From: Promethearchaeota archaeon
GTDB lineage: Archaea; Asgardarchaeota; Lokiarchaeia; Sigyniarchaeales; SOKP01
Assembly (NCBI GenBank): GCA_016839555.1
Contig: JAEOUA010000010.1
Coordinates: 352,001 to 416,000, forward strand
Direction of reading: 5' to 3'
DNA: 64,000 nt
Shown: piece by piece, positions 10,055 to 18,881 of the stretch
Layout: each line of letters opens with the position of its first letter
How positions within the stretch are numbered: the first letter of the stretch is position 1
The notes under the pieces: model-generated
The model's database searches: none
What the model saw: only the letters and a program-made list of their open reading frames with translations
What the model was told of the DNA's origin: nothing
Program-made: the position numbers and the translations under genes

Positions 10055-11686
10055 TTACATTATTTCTTTAAAGGCCTTCTCTCGACTTGAAATTTGAATG
10101 CTTCTCGGCATTTTTCCCCTTTTCAAACTTTTACGATATTTTCTTAGTTTTCTTATGGGCTTAGGATATCTAAAAATAGTATAATATAATACCAAATAAG
10201 TTCCTAATCCTCCTGCGATTGCGGCCGCTCCAATGAACAATGCAGCGTAAATCCATGGTTCAGTAGTTTCTTCAGAAATTCCTATATCTGGATACAATTG
10301 TATATAAGAGATCTGCAGATAGACGTTATCAAGAGAGATTGTAATATTTTCAGTTAAATCGAAGGTATTTGCCAGGTATAATTGAATTGAAAGGGTAATA
10401 TTTTGATCTTTGGGTATTATACTTGTTAAATCAAACCCAGCAGAAATAAACTCATCCGAATAGATATATTCACTTAATAATATTGGCTTACCATATTCAT
10501 TATTGTTGATAAACATTCGAAGCTCAGAATATTCTGAAGCGCTTGTCCAATTTCTATCCAATTTATAATCGAATCTAAGATCGGCTCCAGTAATAATGAC
10601 ATTCTCACCACTTATCATGCCTCCTTCTTGTCCCCAAGATATTGTTGTTTCTTTATCAATAATTTTTTCATAGGTAAATGTAAAATTAATACCGGTAAAA
10701 CATAATAAAGACCAGGTATCAGCATCTTGAGGGAAATTATCTTCACAATTAATATAAATACCTAATGAAAGTGTAAAGTTCTTATAATTCTGTTTTAATG
10801 CTGTATTTATATCAGATATTAACTGATCTTCTGATTTGGCTGTCATAATGCCATCAGTTATTTCATCTATTTCTGGATTATCTTGTCCAAGTTTTGATGT
10901 TTGATTGTATATTACTTCCTCAGAATTAAAATATTCCATATCTGATATTAAAACAAAAAATCGGACAAAATCTCCTGTTTGAGCTTCAAAATCTCCGGGA
11001 TCTATATTTTGATCACTTAAAACATCCACAGCACCATTATAAGAAGGAGGTTGACTTGAAGGAGTAGCTTGAACAGAAGCATTAAAACTTACTGTTAGAG
11101 CAGCAGATGTTATTTTATAATCAATCATATTTTGATCCAATGAAATTGTATAATTCCAATTTATAACAGCAATTTGATCTGCTGGTTGAGTATCACTCCA
11201 ATAATGAGAAGCCCATAATCCTCGAGAATCATTACCATAATTATCGGGATATATATCGGAAGCACTAACATTACTATTTGGGTCATAATAAGCCCATTTT
11301 GGTTCTGAATCAACTTGCCAACCTGTTTGATTTAAAGGATTCGTTAAATCCCATGATTTATTGAAGATATGCTGTTCGCCTATTACTCTTATATTTGCAT
11401 TTCCATCTTTAATAAAACCTACAACATCATCGAGTGGACTATCGGTCTCATTTGTTAAAAACCAGAATTGTTCCGTATCAAATTGAGAATTTCGAAGCCA
11501 TTGTTGGATAAATGGGATTTCCCCACTCGTCTTAAGATTATTATTACTAAGAAGTGTAGTATAGTTTTGGGTAATGAATATGTTATCATTATTATTCTCC
11601 GTATTTTGTTTTATTAAAATTGGTATCGTTAATGAAAGAATAAAGCAAATTGTAAGTATTAGTTTTAGCTTAGATTTTTTTTTCAT
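10055..11686 (-). CDS. single-module paralog of the 6459-9725 surface glycoprotein
   Basis: QWLRNSQF, WASHYW, NASV, GDFVRFFV, CEDN, SELR, TM, then YPKPIRKLRKYRKSLK. Confidence 0.85.
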   Translation of the reverse strand: MKKKSKLKLILTICFILSLTIPILIKQNTENNNDNIFITQNYTTLLSNNNLKTSGEIPFIQQWLRNSQFDTEQFWFLTNETDSPLDDVVGFIKDGNANIRVIGEQHIFNKSWDLTNPLNQTGWQVDSEPKWAYYDPNSNVSASDIYPDNYGNDSRGLWASHYWSDTQPADQIAVINWNYTISLDQNMIDYKITSAALTVSFNASVQATPSSQPPSYNGAVDVLSDQNIDPGDFEAQTGDFVRFFVLISDMEYFNSEEVIYNQTSKLGQDNPEIDEITDGIMTAKSEDQLISDINTALKQNYKNFTLSLGIYINCEDNFPQDADTWSLLCFTGINFTFTYEKIIDKETTISWGQEGGMISGENVIITGADLRFDYKLDRNWTSASEYSELRMFINNNEYGKPILLSEYIYSDEFISAGFDLTSIIPKDQNITLSIQLYLANTFDLTENITISLDNVYLQISYIQLYPDIGISEETTEPWIYAALFIGAAAIAGGLGTYLVLYYTIFRYPKPIRKLRKYRKSLKRGKMPRSIQISSREKAFKEIM

Positions 11687-11999
11687 ATTCCATCATTATT
11701 TATTGTATATTTGAACCTATCCACTTAAGGTTTTTAAAAATTAGTATTTTTCATAATATAAATGTTTTTTTCATTATATAAATGTTGTTTTTTAAATCGA
11801 GAAAGCTTCCTTTTCCAAGCTACGCAGCATAAATTTCAAAAGTAAATAATGATTGAAAAAGCAGAAAGAAATAAAATTTATTAATAAGTTTGGTTTTTAA
11901 AGATACAATAGTGAAAAAATTTAAAAAATAGCATTATTTAATAGAATAATTAATAGCTTAAAGAACTAAATTCATAAATAAAAATTAGAGGGTAAAAAT
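11687..11999. promoter_or_regulatory. divergent promoter region between the surface-protein cluster and the longin-wHTH/TrmB operon
   Basis: 313-bp AT-rich spacer between divergent genes, with TATA-like tracts (ATATAAATG and TTATATAAATG around 11756-11785) and GAGGGT before ATG 12000. Confidence 0.45.
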
Positions 12000-13241
12000 A
12001 TGATTCAAGGAATATTATCGTTCTCTTTTAATTTAAACGAGAAACCATCTGGAGAGATTGATCCAGAATTTGATCCAATTCAATTACAATTTCGGGAAGA
12101 TTCTGAGTTTGGGGAGAGTAATTATCAGGATATGCTTATAAAAAACGACATTTTTGCTACCTATTATCAACAGATTACAGGATTATTTAGAAGAAAATAT
12201 GATTATTCCAATGTTTACTTTGGTACGCTTAAGGAAACTCCTTTTCAGATTATTTCGTACTTTAAGCAAGTTTCAGACGGCTCCCAATATCTTACTATCT
12301 CTATTTTTGATTTAGATGATGAGATCGAGCTATTTAGGGATATTATTACTGATATGACCGAACGGCTGGATGACCTTTTCGAAAAACTTTCTCTCGCAAG
12401 AGAAAAGAAACAATTAGAAAAATTAACGAATTTAAACATCCGTTTAAAAAACGAGCTAAAATTTGCGATATTTCAGGTTGATAGGTTATCGAATTTAGAC
12501 AATGTCCAAAAAGTCGCATTAATTTATAATAATAAATTGAGAATTGAAATTCTAGACCAGTTAAGAGAGTTTCCAATATCGAGAGAACACTTAAAGAGAA
12601 AACTACAAAATGTTAACCCCACATTTAATCTCGACATTTTATTAAGACCCCTTTCAGAATTAAATGTTATAAGAAGAGACTGGATAAAAGGTGAAAGAGA
12701 TGATGAAACAGGACAAATTAAAAACCGGGGGGAATATATATTTTTAATCAAGGATATTATGTTAGTGCGAACTCCTAGCCAAACCACCTTGGATAGTCTT
12801 CAAGAATCAAAACCGAATTTATACAATATTTATAAACAAAAGGTTGATGAATATTTTGCTCAATATGATCCATTTAAAGAACCCTTGGAAGATAAGCAGA
12901 AGGTTGCTTCCTTGATGTTAAATCCAGATATTTATGATTTCTTCTTACTCATGAGAAATCATTATTATCCAACCAAAAAGATTCCTAAAATCTTTTCAGA
13001 ATTCGCGGTGACTGAGGTTTTAATAAAAAATTTAACTGATTTAGGTATTTTAACACAAATCGAGGATGATGAGGGTGAAGAGTGGATTTTATTATTAACA
13101 GATGTTAAGCCAATCACAATCTTTCCTGAATATCTTCTTCCAAAAATTAGAGAAGCATACAAGTTTACCATTAATTATCAGGTGGCAAAGAAGGCTTACG
13201 ATCTCCTAGAAGTCACCTATCCAGAAAAGGTTGAGTTTTAA
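12000..13241 (+). CDS. putative longin/uDENN-like domain + tandem winged-helix protein
   Basis: The N-terminal ~160 aa follow a beta-beta-alpha-beta-beta-beta-alpha-alpha pattern (IQGILSFSF / PIQLQF / helix / VYFGTL / FQIISYF / YLTISIF / helices). Two wHTH-like segments follow (LRIEILDQLREFPISREHL...LRPLSELNVIRR; IYDFFLLMRNH...IKNLTDLGILTQI). Confidence 0.55.
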   Translation: MIQGILSFSFNLNEKPSGEIDPEFDPIQLQFREDSEFGESNYQDMLIKNDIFATYYQQITGLFRRKYDYSNVYFGTLKETPFQIISYFKQVSDGSQYLTISIFDLDDEIELFRDIITDMTERLDDLFEKLSLAREKKQLEKLTNLNIRLKNELKFAIFQVDRLSNLDNVQKVALIYNNKLRIEILDQLREFPISREHLKRKLQNVNPTFNLDILLRPLSELNVIRRDWIKGERDDETGQIKNRGEYIFLIKDIMLVRTPSQTTLDSLQESKPNLYNIYKQKVDEYFAQYDPFKEPLEDKQKVASLMLNPDIYDFFLLMRNHYYPTKKIPKIFSEFAVTEVLIKNLTDLGILTQIEDDEGEEWILLLTDVKPITIFPEYLLPKIREAYKFTINYQVAKKAYDLLEVTYPEKVEF

Positions 13242-13270
13242 TAATTTTAAGGAGGGGAATGAAAAGCTAA

Positions 13271-15250
13271 ATGGATTTATTTAATCAGAGAGAAAAAATT
13301 ACCATTCCCATTACATGTAAACTATGTTTGAAAGAAATAGAATTCGAAGTTTCAGCTGAAGAATATAACAAAACGGAGTCATTTCCGATAATCAAGGAAA
13401 GTATTCATGGAGATCCTAAACATAAACTCGTTGTCCATATAAACAAATATTTAGAAATAGAAGATTTTGCAATTGATAACCAATTAAAATTGGATTCTAA
13501 AGAAATCTCTCAAGATATAATAAATAGAGTTTTAGCTGATATTGGGCTTAATGATGAAGAAATCCATTTATATTATTTGACTGTTGGAAGAGATATTATT
13601 TCTTTAGGAGAAATAGCCCTTTTTTTAGATAAGTCAAAGGAAGAGAGTAAAAAAATTACAGATAAATTTATTGAAAAGGGATTATATAAAGAAATAATTA
13701 GTGAAACCCCTTATTATGCTCCATTACCTCCCTATGCTGCCCTTTTTGAGAAATTAAAAGATTTGCAAGGGAACATCTCAAAAGTAAAGGAAAATATAAT
13801 CTTAATTAAAAAATTCTCCTCGGAATTAACTAATACTTTACAAAAATTAGAAATTAGTCCCGAAGAAGGGGATCAAGTGGAGGACATCAGAGAGATAATA
13901 TTTAATATTAAAAATGAAGTACTGGAGAATATTAAAATTAAAGACCTTAGTCCTAAAGTTCAAATAAAAGAAATTCCCAAAGGAATTGGTAATTTGGATG
14001 ATTATACAAATAATATCATGAAATCTCAGATTACAGTTATTAAAGATCAATTTAAAGATATTAATTCAAAATCTATTCAGATTATAAAAGCTCAAATTGC
14101 TGATTTAAATGATAAAATAGATGAGATGCAAGCAATAATTTCGGATAATTTAAAAAAATTAAGATTAAGTGTGCTTGAACAAACAATATGTGGCTCAGTA
14201 GAGAAACTTCTATTGTCTACATTAAAAGAGATTCAAGGGGGGCTTGATGTACAATTAAGTGTTAATGAAATGGTTTTCAATGAAGAATTGAATAATTTTA
14301 TCGAAAAATTTAATCAAGAATTTATTGATAAATTTAAAACCACAATCGGAGAGACAATTGCTAAATTGGACAATATTGATTTGGATGTGAAATATAAAGA
14401 GGATGAAATCATACAAAATATAACCGCCCAATTTAATAAATCATTACAAACAGCTGAAGAGAAAATTACAAAAATTTGCTCCGGAAACGTTAAATCATTA
14501 GCAAGTATTAAAGGTCTACTTACTCAACGCGTTGAGAGCCAAATTGAAGGATCAATTGATGACATTTTAGATGAATTACAGCTTCAAGAGCAAATGACTA
14601 AATATTTTTGGGAACAAAGTAAGAAACGTGCTTCTCTTACAATGCGAAATGTCTGGTTTATTCATTCTATAGAAGCCGCGAAAGCTCATATAATTGAAGA
14701 AATCTCTAGAGCAAAATTACGGATTTTAATAGTTGCACCAAAAATAACCGATATAAGTTTAGATTCGATTAAATCGTGTCCTTCTCATGTAAATATTCGT
14801 ATAGCAGCTTATAGTGAACCAACCATACCAGAGCATAACAAAATTCTCAAAGAATTAATCAAGATGGGAAATGTAGATTATAGAAATCGGCAATTACAGA
14901 ATCTTTGGGGTATAAATCGAGATTATGAAGAAATCATTATTTGTGTACTTTCTAAAGAAAAGATAAAAGGAAAAGAATATATCGAAATTGCCGGGATTGG
15001 TTCTATTATTGAAGAACACATAAAATTATTGGTTCCGATTCTTGAGGATGCATGGGTTGGAGCAGAAAAACAAAAAATAGAACCAGGTGTCAAAGAAAAA
15101 ACCAGTATTGAGGATAAATCCTCTGATCTTTTTAAGCGTATTAAAGAGTTACGCAAAAAAGGGAGAAGCGCTTTAGATAAAGGTTTATTAAAAGATTCTC
15201 ATGGATTTTTTGAAGAAATTGCTTCAATAATAGATAATAATTTTCAATAG
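13271..15250 (+). CDS. TrmB-like regulator with N-terminal CxxC...H...H Zn domain and long coiled-coil insertion (paralog 1)
   Basis: CKLC...IHGDPKH; TrmB-type HTH GLNDEEIHLYYLT...EKGL...YAPLPP; ~290-aa heptad region; C-terminal ISRAKLRILIVAP, typical of the TrmB effector (PLD-like) domain. Confidence 0.7.
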   Translation: MDLFNQREKITIPITCKLCLKEIEFEVSAEEYNKTESFPIIKESIHGDPKHKLVVHINKYLEIEDFAIDNQLKLDSKEISQDIINRVLADIGLNDEEIHLYYLTVGRDIISLGEIALFLDKSKEESKKITDKFIEKGLYKEIISETPYYAPLPPYAALFEKLKDLQGNISKVKENIILIKKFSSELTNTLQKLEISPEEGDQVEDIREIIFNIKNEVLENIKIKDLSPKVQIKEIPKGIGNLDDYTNNIMKSQITVIKDQFKDINSKSIQIIKAQIADLNDKIDEMQAIISDNLKKLRLSVLEQTICGSVEKLLLSTLKEIQGGLDVQLSVNEMVFNEELNNFIEKFNQEFIDKFKTTIGETIAKLDNIDLDVKYKEDEIIQNITAQFNKSLQTAEEKITKICSGNVKSLASIKGLLTQRVESQIEGSIDDILDELQLQEQMTKYFWEQSKKRASLTMRNVWFIHSIEAAKAHIIEEISRAKLRILIVAPKITDISLDSIKSCPSHVNIRIAAYSEPTIPEHNKILKELIKMGNVDYRNRQLQNLWGINRDYEEIIICVLSKEKIKGKEYIEIAGIGSIIEEHIKLLVPILEDAWVGAEKQKIEPGVKEKTSIEDKSSDLFKRIKELRKKGRSALDKGLLKDSHGFFEEIASIIDNNFQ

Positions 15251-15341
15251 AAATATTAAGTAAAATTAAATAGAAATATAAATTAATTAGTGTAAATTTT
15301 TTTATATCTTAGTGAAATTAAATCAGTAGAGGGAAAAATAA

Positions 15342-17636
15342 ATGTATTTATTTAAAGGGGAAAAGAAAAAAATAATCCCTATAAAATGCAAACTTTGCCT
15401 TCAAGAAATTAAATTTGAAGTAACGGCAGAACAATACTCAAAAACAAGCATATTTCCTATAAAAATGGAAGATATACATGGAGATCCGCAGCATAAACTT
15501 ATTGTTTATATAAATAGAAATTTAGAAATAGATGATTTTAGAATTCAAAATCTCGAAGAGGAAGAAATAGTAGAAATTCCGCAAGAAATAACAAATAAAG
15601 TTTTACGCAATCTTGGTCTTACTAATGAAGAAATAGAGTTGTATTATTTGACATCAGGAAGAGACATTGTTTCTTTAGGAGAGATGGCTCTTTTAATAGG
15701 GAAATCAAAAGAACGGTGTAAGCAGATTGCAGAAAAATTTATCGAAAAAGGATTATATAAGGAAATAATTGGAGCTACTCCGCATTATACCCCATTACCT
15801 CCTTATGCGGCATTAATTGGCCAATTAAAGGAGTTTTATGGATTTATTTCAGACATTAAAGATAAGATGCCTATTATCGTTGATAAATCCTTTTCTGAAT
15901 TCGAAACAAGCGCAGAAGATAAAGCAAAGATTAAGGAAACTGAAGAAATAATCAAAGATATCAAAGAAAAAATGTTAAAACAGGTTGATATAAAAGAAGG
16001 AGCATTAAAACCACAGATAAAAAGATCAATTAAGGATATTGGAGATTTCAGTGGGATTACAGATACTGTGGTCCAATCACAAATAGAGCAAATTAAAAAG
16101 CAATTTGAAGATATTAATAAAAAAGCAATAAACATCATTCAAACGCAAGTATCTGGATTGCGGGACCAATTAAATAATATGAAATCCATTATTGGGGAGA
16201 ATTTGAAAAAATTACGATTAGGTGTTTTGCAGAATGCTATTGGAAATTCGATCGAAAAGGTAATAACTAACAGCATGAAAGAGATACAAGATGGACTCAA
16301 TGTACAATTAAGCGTGAATGAAATGGTGTTTACGGAAGAATTAAATGATATAATAGAAAATTTTGATAAAGAATTCGTCTCAAAAATAAAAGGTTCAATC
16401 GAAAATACCCTTAGCCAGTTAGAAGGAATGGATTTAGGAGTAGGACATGATCAAAAAGCGATTTTTGAAAATTTGGGAGATCAATTCAATCAAGCGTTAA
16501 AAGTTGCTGAACAAAAAATAAATGAGGTATATTCGGATATTTTTCAATCATTTGATAGTATTAAAGATTTATTTAGCAAACGAGTGGTAAGTAAAATTGA
16601 TGACACGCTCAGTGAAATCTTAGATCGCGTAAATTTGCAAGAAAAAGTCACTAAGAAATTTTGGGATCAGGCTAAGAAGAAATCAACTTTTACGATGCAC
16701 GATGTTTGGTTTATCCACTCTCCAGAAGCTGCCAGAGCTCATATTAATGAAGAAATATCTCGAGCAAAATTACGAATACTTATAGTAGCTCCTGAAATCA
16801 CTGATATTGATCTAGAGGCAATAAAATCATGTCCTTCTCATGTGAATATTCGTGTTGCAGCCTCAATAGATAAATCAAAACCACTCCATAAAGAGATAGC
16901 TCAAGAATTAGATAAAATTAATAATGCAGTTTGTAGAAACCGAAAATTGCAGAATCTTTGGGGAATAAATCGTGATTACGAAGAGGTAATATTGTGTGTT
17001 GTTTCTAAAAAAGAAATAAGCGGAAGGGAGCATACAGAAATAGCCGGGATTGGCTCAATTATAGAAGAGCATATTAAGATTTTCGTTCCTATTTTAGAAG
17101 AGGCTTGGATGGGTTCAGTAAAATCACAGACAAGCAAATTAGGGTTTTCTACTGAAATAGAACAAAGAAAAACCAAACCTATATCAATGCTTGAACCTGA
17201 AAGTATTGAAAAACAAAAGACAATGCCTAGTGTTAAAAAGTTAGAAACGTCTGATTTGGAAGTAAAGTTGAAAAAACCTATTGTAGAAGAGCAACCAGCA
17301 AAAGAGAGCATCATCTCGAAAACTGAACCAACACCAATTCAGCAACCAAGTGATGAAAAAAAAGAATCTATACCATTAGGAGAATTACCCATATTTGAGC
17401 AGTTACTCATAGGATTAGAAAATATTCAAAAGAATATATATGATATGAAAAGATCAGAAATCTCAGATGCATTGAATGATTTCTATAAAAAATATGTAAC
17501 ACATGTTGGACTGAATACAATGGCTAAGAACATTCATAAAAGAAGCATGGTTCTCGATTCAATGGATAAAGAATTAACTGAAAAAGAGAAAAAAGATCTA
17601 AGTGATCTAATAGAAAAGTGGAAAAATAGTTTTTAA
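15342..17636 (+). CDS. TrmB-like regulator with N-terminal Zn domain, coiled coil and extra C-terminal helical domain (paralog 2)
   Basis: Collinear with 13271-15250 (CKLC, IHGDPQH, GLTNEEIELYYLT, VQLSVNEMVF, ISRAKLRILIVAP, LQNLWGINRDYEE), plus a P/E/K-rich linker and terminal helical domain. Confidence 0.7.
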   Translation: MYLFKGEKKKIIPIKCKLCLQEIKFEVTAEQYSKTSIFPIKMEDIHGDPQHKLIVYINRNLEIDDFRIQNLEEEEIVEIPQEITNKVLRNLGLTNEEIELYYLTSGRDIVSLGEMALLIGKSKERCKQIAEKFIEKGLYKEIIGATPHYTPLPPYAALIGQLKEFYGFISDIKDKMPIIVDKSFSEFETSAEDKAKIKETEEIIKDIKEKMLKQVDIKEGALKPQIKRSIKDIGDFSGITDTVVQSQIEQIKKQFEDINKKAINIIQTQVSGLRDQLNNMKSIIGENLKKLRLGVLQNAIGNSIEKVITNSMKEIQDGLNVQLSVNEMVFTEELNDIIENFDKEFVSKIKGSIENTLSQLEGMDLGVGHDQKAIFENLGDQFNQALKVAEQKINEVYSDIFQSFDSIKDLFSKRVVSKIDDTLSEILDRVNLQEKVTKKFWDQAKKKSTFTMHDVWFIHSPEAARAHINEEISRAKLRILIVAPEITDIDLEAIKSCPSHVNIRVAASIDKSKPLHKEIAQELDKINNAVCRNRKLQNLWGINRDYEEVILCVVSKKEISGREHTEIAGIGSIIEEHIKIFVPILEEAWMGSVKSQTSKLGFSTEIEQRKTKPISMLEPESIEKQKTMPSVKKLETSDLEVKLKKPIVEEQPAKESIISKTEPTPIQQPSDEKKESIPLGELPIFEQLLIGLENIQKNIYDMKRSEISDALNDFYKKYVTHVGLNTMAKNIHKRSMVLDSMDKELTEKEKKDLSDLIEKWKNSF

Positions 17637-17670
17637 ACTTTTTTTATTAGAAATACCATCATATTCTTTT

Positions 17671-18708
17671 CTAATTATTATATTTTTTTAATAGTTCTAG
17701 TTCATGATCCTCTGGGCTTCGAAAACCTAATGCCATCATCATTCCATATACTAGTCCCAAAATGATGTCATTTAAAATTTGGTCCATATTTCCAAAGCTA
17801 ATATCGAATCTTCCATTAAATAAAGGTTTTATTTTTTCAAGAACATACTTAGTCTCTTGTTTTTCTTTATAATATTGAATTACTTTAGCACGAAATGTTT
17901 TCATGAATTTTAGATGTTCTTGTAATATATAATTCACATTCTTTTTTCTATTTACAACACCAAAATGCCCGAATCCGCATATGAGTGGAGTTTTTAATTT
18001 TTTCAAATTATAAAGAGAATCCATATAATCTTCATAATTAAAGAATATTGGCATTGAAGTGGGTGTAGTGACTAATTTAGAAGAATGATATAATGTTCCG
18101 ACTGCCTCTCCATAAAAAATAAACTCGATTTCATTATCACTAATAAAAGCTATTGATTGGTGGTCTGGTGTATGTCCTGGAGTGTGAAATATAGCTAATT
18201 TTACTTCTTTTTCGCCAATTTTAAACGTTTTTAAATAATCTAAAGAGGAAAGTGTATCTGTAAAGATATTGCTTGGTTGTATTATTTCAAAAGCATTATC
18301 TTCAATGGGTTTCATCGTTCCAACAAAATTACCATATGTTCGTTTCCCTCTTGCTAAATGAAACTCATAATCATTTAAAAGCTCTTTAGTGGTTTTATTG
18401 GTTAAAATTTTAACTTCTGGGTTATATTTCTTTATTTCCTCATATAATTTCCACATTCCACCGTTATGATCGAAATGATGATGAGTAGTGATTAAATATT
18501 TAACATTTTCTAATGGAATGTTTACCTCTTTTAAATAATTTATAAGTTTTACCACATCCAGAGAGGATCCGCTGTCCATAATCACACAAGATTCATCAAA
18601 TTCCGCTATAAAGACCGATAAGATTTGAGGGAAGCCAAATTCTTTTAGATCAACAAGGCGAATATATTTATTTATTTTTCCAGATGAAGTGAGAATAGGC
18701 AAACTCAT
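17671..18708 (-). CDS. MBL-fold metallo-hydrolase
   Basis: THHHFDHNGG (HxHxDH), TPGHTPDH, GEA, FGHFG. Confidence 0.9.
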   Translation of the reverse strand: MSLPILTSSGKINKYIRLVDLKEFGFPQILSVFIAEFDESCVIMDSGSSLDVVKLINYLKEVNIPLENVKYLITTHHHFDHNGGMWKLYEEIKKYNPEVKILTNKTTKELLNDYEFHLARGKRTYGNFVGTMKPIEDNAFEIIQPSNIFTDTLSSLDYLKTFKIGEKEVKLAIFHTPGHTPDHQSIAFISDNEIEFIFYGEAVGTLYHSSKLVTTPTSMPIFFNYEDYMDSLYNLKKLKTPLICGFGHFGVVNRKKNVNYILQEHLKFMKTFRAKVIQYYKEKQETKYVLEKIKPLFNGRFDISFGNMDQILNDIILGLVYGMMMALGFRSPEDHELELLKKYNN

Positions 18709-18881
18709 ATCATTTAAAAAAATAAATGAAAAAATAATAACTATTAGATTTTAAAATCCTTTTCTTTCATTTAAATAATTTGATCAAGTAAGGTATTTTC
18801 TCAATGAATTCTCGATCTTTTTCTTTATAAATCTAGAATAAAAAATAACTAGAAAAAATTTAAATTCAACTTTTAAAAAAA

